Shown: piece after piece, positions 1 through 9,131 of the stretch
How positions within the stretch are numbered: the first letter of the stretch is position 1
How the letters are laid out: each line of letters starts with the position of its first letter
Assembly: GCA_963662275.1 (NCBI GenBank)
Contig: OY759316.1
Location: 2,912,001-2,976,000, forward strand
Source of the DNA: Candidatus Cloacimonadales bacterium
Lineage (GTDB): Bacteria; Cloacimonadota; Cloacimonadia; Cloacimonadales; DAONDQ01
Length of the DNA: 64,000 nt
Reading direction: 5' to 3'
The notes under the pieces: generated by a model
The model's input: the letters and a program-made list of their open reading frames with translations, nothing else
Database searches by the model: none
What the model was told of the DNA's origin: nothing
Program-made: the position numbers and the translations under genes

Positions 1-3000
1 ATTGGATCGAATTATCCTGCTTACGGTATGGGATTCAGGGGAGCAATTGAATATTGTAATAAGCGTAGCATCATTGAAGGTTTGACACCATGCTACAGTT
101 ACAGTACTTATGGCACAGCTACAAGTAGCTGGCCTTATAATTGGTGTTATGAGGCGAACCATGTCAATCTAAGCTGCAATTGGACAGCCAATGGTTACAG
201 GTTACCGTCTGAAATGGAATGGATGTATGCTGCCAGGGGTGGGAGTTCAACCCATAATTACACTTACAGTGGAAGCAATGATGTAACAGCGGTGGGCTGG
301 TGTTACCCTTATGCGGCGAATACAACACATACAGTTGGTTCTAAAAATTCGAATGAACTTGGGCTATATGATATGACGGGGAACTTGAGTGAATATTGTT
401 GGGATATCTGGTCTGAAACATATCCTAGTGGTCAACAAACAAATCCGCATGGACCTGCTTCTGGTACGACAAGAGTAGTTCGAGGTGGAAATTTCGATTA
501 TGAGCCAGTGTTTTCTACTGTTTCTTATCGAGATTATAGCAGTACTGATGCAGGATCTTCAAACTACGGTTTTCGTCTTTGCAGAACCTCTGTATCCATA
601 CCTATGCAACAGCATTTTACCAGGGTAGAAGGAGGTACTTTCAATAATGGAGCTTCAGATGTTACTTTATCACCTATCCTCCTCGATAAATACGAAGTAA
701 CACAATCATCATACCAGTCAATAATGGGAAGTATCCCCTCTACTTCGTATGGGAACGGTTCGGATTATCCTGTATATGGTGTTTCCTGGTTCAATGCATT
801 TGAATATTGCAATAGAAGAAGTTTGAGTGAAGGTTTGATTCCATGCTACAGTTATCGAACTTACGGAACAAACCCGAACACTTGGCCCACCGGATGGAAT
901 TCTAGTGGTAATAACTTCACATATTTTACCTGTAACTGGGAAGCGAACGGTTATCGTTTACCTACTGAAATGGAGTGGATGTTTGCAGCCAGGGGTGGTA
1001 ATCTTACACAAGGTTATACTTACAGTGGCAGCAATAATATAAATACCGTAGCATGGTATAACTCCAACTCTAGCTATGCAACTCATATTGTGGGATCGAA
1101 AACAGCGAATGAATTGGGGTTATACGATATGAGCGGAAATGTCAATGAATGGTGCTGGGATTCATACGGCAGTTATCCTTACGGACCTCAAACCAATCCT
1201 CACGGAGCAACAGATGGATACTATCAGGATTACCGTATTCTTCGCGGTGGAGGATTTGATGGCTCAAGTACAAGTTGTACAACAAGTTATAGAAGCTACA
1301 ATCTTGCTTATTACACTAACTTGTATGGCTACAACTATGGTTTCCGTATCTGTAGGAATGCACCATCTCAAATCGTTGCTACACCAACTTTTAACATGGC
1401 TGCAGGTATTTATAACAACGCGATTGATGTGAGCATCAGTTGTTCAACACCTGGTGCCAGTATCTACTATACAATCAATAATTCACTTCCTACAGAAAGC
1501 TCGATGCTTTATCAAAACCCGGTAACAATCAGCCAGACTACATACCTCAGGGCAATAGCATTTAAGACAGGATGGACACCTTCAGAGGAAAAACATGAAT
1601 CGTATAACCTGACCATAGCAACTCCTACTTTTTCTGTTGCCGGTGGTGTCTACACAAGTACTCAGACTGTTAATCTACAGACAGTGACAACCGGTACTGA
1701 AATCCGCTATACAACGAATGGCAGTGAACCCACCGAGACATCGTCTCTCTACACAAATCCGCTCAGTATTTTTCAAACTACCACGTTAAAAGTAAAAGCC
1801 TATCGTACTGGCTGGAATCCTTCTTCTACAGCAACTGCCATCTATACAATCAATAACTTAGTCCTTGTCGATGGCGGTACCTTTAATAATGGCACTTCGA
1901 ATGTGACAGTGAGCAGTTTCTATCTGGATAAGTACGAACTAACACAAGCTGCCTATCAGGCTGTGATGGGTACGAATCCTGCTTCAAGCTATGGTGTAGG
2001 CAGTTCATATCCCGTATATTTTGTATCTTGGTTCAATGCTATAGAATATTGTAACAAGAGAAGTATCTCCGAAGGACTGACTCCCTGCTATAGTTACAGC
2101 ACTTATGGCACAAATCCGACAGCATGGCCTTCCGGCTGGAATACCAGTGATGACAACCATACCAACGTGACTTGCAACTGGACAGTAAATGGATACAGAC
2201 TTCCAACTGAAGCGGAATGGGAATTTGCTGCACGAGGCGGTAATTCAACCCATGGTTATACCTATAGCGGTAGTAATACCATTGACGGGGTAGCGTGGTA
2301 TAGTTCAAATTCAAGCAGCATTTCACATGTCATTGGTTCCAAAGCAGCAAATGAGCTTGGTATCTATGATATGAGCGGTAACGTCTGGGAATGGAATTGG
2401 GACATTTATGGCACCTATCCCAGCGGATCGCAAAATAATCCGCATGGAGTAGTCAGCGGGTCTGCCCGTGTGTTACGTGGCGGTTGCTGGGCAGACGTTA
2501 CTGGCGGCTGCGCTAGTTCCTTTCGGAACCATTTCAGTGCGTCTTCCGGCGCTGGCACTATAGGCATCCGCATCTGCAAGAATGTACCTGCTCCGCCAAT
2601 ACAGGAATCCTATGTGTTGGTGGATGGTGGTACTTTCAACAACGGTACATCCGATGTTGCTTTATCATCCTTCTATATGTATAAGACGGAACTCACTCAA
2701 TCTTTATATCAAACTGTGATGGGAACTAATCCAGCATCAGGGTATGGAGTCGGAAACGATTATCCTGTATATAATGTTAACTGGTTTAAAGCCATAGAAT
2801 ACTGTAATAGACGGAGTATTAACGAAGGACTGACTCCGTGTTACAGTTACAGTACATATGGTGGAAATACTGCTAACTGGCCTTCTGGTTGGAACACAAG
2901 TAACTCTAACCATACGAATGTATCTTGTAACTGGACTGCTGATGGATATCGTTTACCTACAGAAATGGAATGGCAATTTGCAGCTCGAGGTGGTAATCTG

Positions 3001-5574
3001 TCACATAATTATACATATAGCGGTAGTAATACTCTCAATTCAGTAGCTTGGAACTCTTCAAACGCACCATACACAACCCATTCTGTGGGAACACTAACTG
3101 CAAATGAACTTGGCATCTATGATATGAGTGGTAATATTTGCGAATGGGTGTGGGATATATACGATAATTATCCAAGCAGTACTCAGATTAATCCACATGG
3201 TCCAACAAGTGGTCTTTACCATGTCCAGCGCGGAGGAAGTTGGGGTTTTTATCCTGAAAATTGTGCAGTTTCATCTCGAGTTGTCAACAATCCCACAGAC
3301 AGTAACTACTTTCTTGGTTTCCGTCTCTGCCGCAGCATCCCAGCACCACCTGTATTGGAAAGCTATCTTCCGGTACCTGGCGGTACTTTCAACAACGGCA
3401 CTTCAGATGTGACAATATCATCTTTCTCTATAAGCAACTATGAAGTGACTCAATATGCCTACAAGTTAGTCATGGGTACAAATCCTTCCTATTTCAGCAA
3501 TGATTTGAACAAACCCGTTGATTCCGTTACATGGTTCAATGCCATTGAATATTGTAATCGGAAAAGCATCAGTGAAGGATTAACTCCGTGTTACACGTAT
3601 ATTGGTTATGGTACAAATCCTTCAAGTTGGCCTTCCGGGTGGAATACCAGTAACGCCAACCATGTTTACATCTCCTGCAATTGGGCAGCATTTGGTTATC
3701 GTCTTCCTACTGAAATGGAATGGCAGTTTGCTGCAAGAGGTGGTACATTAACAAATAATTATTCCTATGCCGGTAGCAACACTATAGATGCTGTTGCCTG
3801 GTATCTCACTAATGCCGGTAATTACACTCACCAGGTTGGAACAAAAGCATCTAATGAACTTAGTCTGTATGATATGAGCGGTAACGTCTGGGAATGGAAT
3901 TGGGATATTTATGGCACATATTCCAGCGGACTGCAAGCTAACCCTCATGGCGTCGTCAGCGGGTCTGCCCGTGTAGTACGCGGCGGTAGCTGGACAGACG
4001 TTCCCGGCGGTTGCACAGTTTCCGGTCGGAACAGCCTCAATGCGACTGACATCGGTCCCAATATAGGTTTCCGTATCTGCAGGATCATGCCAATCCAAAA
4101 TGCATTGATTTCCGTACCTGGCGGAACATTCAATAATGGAACTTCGGATGTGACGATCTCAACATTCTCAATGGAAAAATATGAAACAACTCAAACAGCT
4201 TATCAAGCTGTCATGGGTAATAATCCTTCTTATCGGACGAGTATAGCCAATGGACCTGTCGAGCAGGTTACATGGTACAATGCTATCGAATATTGCAACA
4301 GGAGAAGCATCAGTGAAGGTCTGACTCCCTGCTATAGTTACAGCACTTATGGTACAAATCCTTCGAACTGGCCTGCTAATTGGAATGCAGTTGTTAACAT
4401 TACGAATTTAACGTGCGATTGGGCAACAGCCAATGGTTATCGGTTACCTACTGAAATGGAATGGCAATTCGCTGCCCGTGGTGGTAACCTGACGCATAAT
4501 TACGCATATAGCGGGAGCAATACTGTGACTACGGTAGCTTGGTGTAATTCAAATTCCGGAAGCACAACACATACTGTTGGAGATAAGCTCCCGAATGAGT
4601 TAGGTTTATATGATATGAGCGGTAATGTCATGGAATGGGTATGGGACAAATATGCAAGCACTTATCCCAGCTTTAATCAGTTTAATCCCCATGGACCGAG
4701 CACAGGGGAAGGAAGAATATATAGGGGAGGCGGTTATATGATTTCTGATACCCAATGCCAGGTTACATTACGTAGCTACGATTATGAAGCTAGTTGGTCA
4801 TTTTACATGGGCTTCCGTGTCTGTAAAAATAACCCGAGTTTTGTATTTGTTCCGGGTGGTACGTTTAATAATGGCACTTCTAATGTGACAGTATCAGATT
4901 TCAAGATGGAAAAATGGGAAGTTAGGCAGGCTGACTACCAAGCAGTAATGGGAACGAATCCAGCATATGATTATGGAGTCAGCAGCAATCATCCTGTGCA
5001 CTACGTGTCATGGTTCAATACTGTTGAGTACTGTAATAAACGCAGCATACAGGAGGGATTTACACCTTGTTATAGCTATGGAACTTATGGTACTAATCCT
5101 TCCAGTTGGCCTTCCGGGTGGAATACATCAAATGATAATCATGTGAATGTGAATTGCAATTGGATGGTGAATGGTTATCGTCTTCCCACAGAAGCTGAAT
5201 GGGAATTCGCTGCAAGAGGTAGTAATCTAACCCATAATTATATTTATAGTGGTAGTAATACGATTGATAATATAGGATGGTATCAGTCAAATTCTGGTAA
5301 TACTAGCCATATTGTTGCAACCAAAACTGCCAATGAACTTGGCATTTATGATATGACCGGGAATGTATGGGAATGGTGTTGGGATATATATGATACTTAC
5401 CCAGCAAATTCACAGACGAATCCTCACGGAGCAATTTCAGGGATATACCGTATTAATCGTGGTGGAGCTTTTTCAAATGTGGATTACGGTTGTACAATAG
5501 CCAATAGGAATTACGGATCGGCAACTATTAATCACAATTACTATGGATTCCATATCTGTCAGAATGCACAATGA
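1..5574 (+). CDS. 5'-truncated multi-domain surface protein: 7 FGE-sulfatase (SUMF1-like/CLec-fold) domains plus two ~80-aa chitobiase/Fn3-associated-type repeats; probable DGR target
   Basis: Frame is open from base 1, so the gene starts upstream. Seven repeats of YRLPxExEW..AARGG / NELxxYDMxGN..E..WD / RGG..R..GF(R). Two ATPTF...IxYT..PTE.S.LY.NP repeats follow domain 2. Confidence 0.9.
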   Translation: MGSNYPAYGMGFRGAIEYCNKRSIIEGLTPCYSYSTYGTATSSWPYNWCYEANHVNLSCNWTANGYRLPSEMEWMYAARGGSSTHNYTYSGSNDVTAVGWCYPYAANTTHTVGSKNSNELGLYDMTGNLSEYCWDIWSETYPSGQQTNPHGPASGTTRVVRGGNFDYEPVFSTVSYRDYSSTDAGSSNYGFRLCRTSVSIPMQQHFTRVEGGTFNNGASDVTLSPILLDKYEVTQSSYQSIMGSIPSTSYGNGSDYPVYGVSWFNAFEYCNRRSLSEGLIPCYSYRTYGTNPNTWPTGWNSSGNNFTYFTCNWEANGYRLPTEMEWMFAARGGNLTQGYTYSGSNNINTVAWYNSNSSYATHIVGSKTANELGLYDMSGNVNEWCWDSYGSYPYGPQTNPHGATDGYYQDYRILRGGGFDGSSTSCTTSYRSYNLAYYTNLYGYNYGFRICRNAPSQIVATPTFNMAAGIYNNAIDVSISCSTPGASIYYTINNSLPTESSMLYQNPVTISQTTYLRAIAFKTGWTPSEEKHESYNLTIATPTFSVAGGVYTSTQTVNLQTVTTGTEIRYTTNGSEPTETSSLYTNPLSIFQTTTLKVKAYRTGWNPSSTATAIYTINNLVLVDGGTFNNGTSNVTVSSFYLDKYELTQAAYQAVMGTNPASSYGVGSSYPVYFVSWFNAIEYCNKRSISEGLTPCYSYSTYGTNPTAWPSGWNTSDDNHTNVTCNWTVNGYRLPTEAEWEFAARGGNSTHGYTYSGSNTIDGVAWYSSNSSSISHVIGSKAANELGIYDMSGNVWEWNWDIYGTYPSGSQNNPHGVVSGSARVLRGGCWADVTGGCASSFRNHFSASSGAGTIGIRICKNVPAPPIQESYVLVDGGTFNNGTSDVALSSFYMYKTELTQSLYQTVMGTNPASGYGVGNDYPVYNVNWFKAIEYCNRRSINEGLTPCYSYSTYGGNTANWPSGWNTSNSNHTNVSCNWTADGYRLPTEMEWQFAARGGNLSHNYTYSGSNTLNSVAWNSSNAPYTTHSVGTLTANELGIYDMSGNICEWVWDIYDNYPSSTQINPHGPTSGLYHVQRGGSWGFYPENCAVSSRVVNNPTDSNYFLGFRLCRSIPAPPVLESYLPVPGGTFNNGTSDVTISSFSISNYEVTQYAYKLVMGTNPSYFSNDLNKPVDSVTWFNAIEYCNRKSISEGLTPCYTYIGYGTNPSSWPSGWNTSNANHVYISCNWAAFGYRLPTEMEWQFAARGGTLTNNYSYAGSNTIDAVAWYLTNAGNYTHQVGTKASNELSLYDMSGNVWEWNWDIYGTYSSGLQANPHGVVSGSARVVRGGSWTDVPGGCTVSGRNSLNATDIGPNIGFRICRIMPIQNALISVPGGTFNNGTSDVTISTFSMEKYETTQTAYQAVMGNNPSYRTSIANGPVEQVTWYNAIEYCNRRSISEGLTPCYSYSTYGTNPSNWPANWNAVVNITNLTCDWATANGYRLPTEMEWQFAARGGNLTHNYAYSGSNTVTTVAWCNSNSGSTTHTVGDKLPNELGLYDMSGNVMEWVWDKYASTYPSFNQFNPHGPSTGEGRIYRGGGYMISDTQCQVTLRSYDYEASWSFYMGFRVCKNNPSFVFVPGGTFNNGTSNVTVSDFKMEKWEVRQADYQAVMGTNPAYDYGVSSNHPVHYVSWFNTVEYCNKRSIQEGFTPCYSYGTYGTNPSSWPSGWNTSNDNHVNVNCNWMVNGYRLPTEAEWEFAARGSNLTHNYIYSGSNTIDNIGWYQSNSGNTSHIVATKTANELGIYDMTGNVWEWCWDIYDTYPANSQTNPHGAISGIYRINRGGAFSNVDYGCTIANRNYGSATINHNYYGFHICQNAQ

Positions 5575-5584
5575 TAACATACAG

Positions 5585-5617
5585 GGGGCTGGAGACTAGT
5601 CTCTAGCCCCTTTCTCT
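5585..5617 (+). terminator. Intrinsic terminator-like hairpin
   Basis: GGGGCTGGAGAC-TA-GTCTCTAGCCCC (one G-T pair) followed by TTTCTCT, 10 nt after the stop codon. Confidence 0.65.
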
Positions 5618-5732
5618 AGCCACTGGTCTCTTGTCTCTATTCTCTTCCCACTCCTTCTTAACAATTAAAACATTTGACAATTATTAAGCAAACTACAATA
5701 GGATAATTATTATTTATTAACTTGGAGATCGA

Positions 5733-8700
5733 ATGTCTAATATCAGTTTTATCGAGTATGAGCCGCAATATGCAAAAGCAGTTGCCGATATGTGGAACAG
5801 GAGCAGCAGCGTCTGGAATGGACGAATCTTCAATAGCAGTGAAAAAAAAGTCCTTCAGGAAGAAGAGAATTCAACTTACCTGAATTTGTATCTTGCTGTC
5901 ATCGATTCATTGGTCATTGGCTATGCAAAGTTTTCTCCATACCCTGAAGAAAAGGGAGTTTCCTACATTGATATGTTGGGTGTAGATCCTGAGTGGCATG
6001 GTAAAGGCATCGGGAAAGTTTTAGTGCAGAAATGTGTGCTCAGGGCTGCTGAGTTAGGATATGATAGAATTGATCTCTTTACCTGGCCTGGTAATACCAA
6101 AGCGGTTCCTCTCTACAAGAAGTGTGGCTTTTTCTGGGAAAAGATGGAAATGCAAGTGACTCATCTAATGAACTTTATTCCTGGATTACTCAACAATGAA
6201 CTGATCAAGCCTTATTTTGATTACTTTGACTGGTATCTTGATTCTAAGAGAGAAATAGAGATAAAGCCTGACGGAAGATGTGATAATGGCTTTGAAATCT
6301 ATGATTATATATGGGAAAAAGAAGATAAAAAACTCCAGATTTCTTTTGAAAAAAGAGGAAGAGGTATCATTGCTATCACAACTTCTGATTTTCATATTTC
6401 CACTTATACTCCTGAAGCGAAACCAGTATTCGGAACAGAATACCCTATCACATACAGGCTGGAATCCTTTATGGACGAACCAATTGAAGTATTTCTCCAG
6501 GGAGAGAATGATCGTGAAATTGACTTTACTTTTGCTCATTCACAGAGCTTAGTTAATAAATTAGAATTGAATGCAGGTTTCTATCTGAATTCAATCACAA
6601 AAGAACTAACTGAATGGGATACTTTACCCAGTGTAGTAACAAAACTAAACATTATGGGTAAATCCGTAAGGATGAAAACAGGGTTGAAGATTCAATATCC
6701 GCTAGATACTACGTTTGCGATGGAAAAAAGCTTAGTGACACCCAGCCATGATCAAGTTCTTTATCTGAATGTACAGAATTGTTTTTCATGCAAATGCTTA
6801 TATCGGATAGATTTTGAGAATGAAGAACCGCTGCAATTGGAAAGAAAGAGTTTTGAAATTAACCTCAAACCACGCGAAAGGAGTTATATTCCCATCAAAT
6901 TCACAACTCCCGAGGCTTGTATCATCTATCCGACATTAAAGATAACAGCCCTGCCGGAAAACGGAAAAGAAGTTCAATTTAACCGGCAAATTCATTACCA
7001 AATCTACACTCTCACATCCAAAGCACAGAAAGTTTTACCTAATCAGTACATTTTGCTCAATGGTAGGATGAGTGTCAGTTTTGATCAATTGGGAAACAAG
7101 AATTGGGGAATGTTTCAAATTATGCAGGGTATGGGTTTCAATCTTTGCCCTCCAAGAGTTGGAAAGCCATATTCTGAAGAGTTTGACCAGGAACTACCCT
7201 ATGATGTACAAGTGAATGATCTCGGTGTGGCGAATGAGTTAGTCATGTATTTCCGTTCCAAAGAGTTTCAAGGAGTTGAGTTTGCTTATGTTTACAAGCT
7301 GTATCCAACCGGGCTGATGGAATTTCATATCAGGATCATCAATCTGCCAATCCAGGAACAGAATGTCTTTGCGAAACTAAGGTTTTGTATTTATGGTGAA
7401 AATCTCGTTTGTGAACTGGGTGGAAGGTTGATCAAATTAGAAAACGATATGCCTGGATTAGATACAAATAATCTGGATGGTGAAGAGTTTAGTAAAAACT
7501 GGGCATTTTCCAAATATGATGATTGTACAAGTGCCATGATTTGGGATAAGAATTGGCATGCATGTATCGACAGATGGTTTGTTTGTTGGGATATTAACTT
7601 AAGCGATTATTATGCTCGAGGTTTACAAGAAACAGAGCCGGTTCTTCTTTACATTGATGTCTTTCAAAATGCTTTTGAAGTGAGAAATGTTGCTGAAGAA
7701 TGTAATAAAAAAGTGGAACCTATGTATCCATCTCTTGAGCTTGTTATTAACAATGAGGATCCATTCCCTGGTCATGCATATGAAGTGAAACTCATCCAGC
7801 ACCAGACTGAAAACTTGAGAGGAAGCTTCATTTTAAGTTCTTCTACAAATGCAATATTACGTGAAGAAATCAAGCATAAATTTGAGGATGAAGTACGCGA
7901 AATCAAATGGACAGTTGAAGCCCATTCAAAGAAACCAATGGAGGTGATCAACTGTGAAGCCAGGTTGCCACTCTATACAGTAGAGCGAAAGCAAATTGTT
8001 TTTCATGAAAAAGGTGAAGTCAGATTCGCTGAAACTAGTGATATTAACGATACACTCCTTGTTGCCGATAATGGCATCATTCAAATCACAACCGCCAAGG
8101 ATGCACGAATACCCAATTTGCTCTCTCTTATTCATGAGGGAAGGGAGTGGCTGGATAATAGTTATCCTGAATATGCTCCTAAATCAAATTACAATCCTTA
8201 TCCTGGGGGAATGACCATAACACCTTGGCAGCTTAGGATCATGAATCTGATGAATGAAACGCACGAAATAAAGAAGGCTAGCCTGTTAGATCAGTGGGGG
8301 CATAAGTGGGAAGGATTGGAAATGAGATCCTCAATTACTAATTTCGACCCTTTACAAGGTTTGGTATATGTACAATATTATCTGATGAGACCTGGTGTAC
8401 CAATTCTTGCAATCACAACCAAGATCATCACAGATACCGGTCATGCCGAATACATACCCTTTTGTTTGAATATGTTTTTCAAACCAAATGGTGAAATACA
8501 GAATAGCAGTATCGACATTCCCTGTGAAGATAATCGTTGGCATATGCTTCATGCTGGGAGTGAGGCTTTTTATCTTCGGAATTCATATCGGCATGTAAAG
8601 ATAAAAAACATGAAATCAGATTATATGCTCAATATCTTAAGTTTGGGGAAATCCTATCACGATATTCACATTGATCCGCAAATTCTCAGGGATAAGTGTT

Positions 8701-8819
8701 ATCTGTACAGTGATTTTGCAAAAACAGTACCTTCTATGTTACGACCTATGTTTATCATATTCTCCGGATCAGATATTGAACATGAATGGCTGTATTCGCT
8801 GCTGAACACAAGGTTTTAG
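5733..8819 (+). CDS. Large protein with N-terminal GNAT acetyltransferase domain
   Basis: VDPEWHGKGIGK acetyl-CoA motif and N..AVPLYKKCGF. About 870 aa of C-terminal sequence is unassigned. GGAG RBS. Confidence 0.8.
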   Translation: MSNISFIEYEPQYAKAVADMWNRSSSVWNGRIFNSSEKKVLQEEENSTYLNLYLAVIDSLVIGYAKFSPYPEEKGVSYIDMLGVDPEWHGKGIGKVLVQKCVLRAAELGYDRIDLFTWPGNTKAVPLYKKCGFFWEKMEMQVTHLMNFIPGLLNNELIKPYFDYFDWYLDSKREIEIKPDGRCDNGFEIYDYIWEKEDKKLQISFEKRGRGIIAITTSDFHISTYTPEAKPVFGTEYPITYRLESFMDEPIEVFLQGENDREIDFTFAHSQSLVNKLELNAGFYLNSITKELTEWDTLPSVVTKLNIMGKSVRMKTGLKIQYPLDTTFAMEKSLVTPSHDQVLYLNVQNCFSCKCLYRIDFENEEPLQLERKSFEINLKPRERSYIPIKFTTPEACIIYPTLKITALPENGKEVQFNRQIHYQIYTLTSKAQKVLPNQYILLNGRMSVSFDQLGNKNWGMFQIMQGMGFNLCPPRVGKPYSEEFDQELPYDVQVNDLGVANELVMYFRSKEFQGVEFAYVYKLYPTGLMEFHIRIINLPIQEQNVFAKLRFCIYGENLVCELGGRLIKLENDMPGLDTNNLDGEEFSKNWAFSKYDDCTSAMIWDKNWHACIDRWFVCWDINLSDYYARGLQETEPVLLYIDVFQNAFEVRNVAEECNKKVEPMYPSLELVINNEDPFPGHAYEVKLIQHQTENLRGSFILSSSTNAILREEIKHKFEDEVREIKWTVEAHSKKPMEVINCEARLPLYTVERKQIVFHEKGEVRFAETSDINDTLLVADNGIIQITTAKDARIPNLLSLIHEGREWLDNSYPEYAPKSNYNPYPGGMTITPWQLRIMNLMNETHEIKKASLLDQWGHKWEGLEMRSSITNFDPLQGLVYVQYYLMRPGVPILAITTKIITDTGHAEYIPFCLNMFFKPNGEIQNSSIDIPCEDNRWHMLHAGSEAFYLRNSYRHVKIKNMKSDYMLNILSLGKSYHDIHIDPQILRDKCYLYSDFAKTVPSMLRPMFIIFSGSDIEHEWLYSLLNTRF

Positions 8820-8847
8820 GTTTTAGGTGCTAGGTGTTAGGTGCTAG
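8815..8847 (+). repeat. Heptamer tandem repeat (TTAGGTG/CTAGGTG)
   Basis: ttaggtt ttaggtg ctaggtg ttaggtg ctagt. Confidence 0.7.
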
Positions 8848-8891
8848 TGAATTAATTTTGAAGATTGCCCCGAGATCAGTCCCGACTAAGA

Positions 8892-8961
8892 GTTTGGAGT
8901 TCAAATGCCCTAAACAAATTATCATTGAATACTTAACTAAAAGGGCATTCGGACTTCAAAC
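8892..8961 (+). repeat. GGAGTTCA...GGACTTCA hairpin family, copy A
   Basis: Conserved outer arms, inner stem AATGCCC/GGGCATT, 32-nt loop. The block ~8886-9008 recurs inverted at ~24838-24960. Confidence 0.85.
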
Positions 8962-9020
8962 CCGACCTTTCATCCTCGGTAGCGAAAACCTGTTTTCATG
9001 AAGTTCAGAATCTAATTGTA

Positions 9021-9095
9021 GGAAGTTTGAAGTCCACACATCCTGAAGTCACTTATCTTTGATGATCTCGAAGGATGAATGAACTCCAAACTTCC
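9021..9095 (-). repeat. GGAGTTCA...GGACTTCA hairpin family, copy D
   Basis: Same outer arms, inner stem CATCC/GGATG, 29-nt loop; convergent with copy A. Confidence 0.8.
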
Positions 9096-9102
9096 AGAAC
9101 AA

Positions 9103-9127
9103 AGGGCGCACTTCCGTGCGCCCCTAC
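9103..9127 (-). repeat. GTAG-type REP-like palindrome
   Basis: Minus strand reads GTAG-GGGCGCAC-GGAA-GTGCGCCC. A degenerate relative lies at ~24321-24345. Confidence 0.7.
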
Positions 9128-9131
9128 ATTT

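Noticed and set aside
1..5574. True formylglycine-generating enzyme
   Set aside because: The catalytic cysteine pattern is not conserved and the architecture is a multi-domain repeat.
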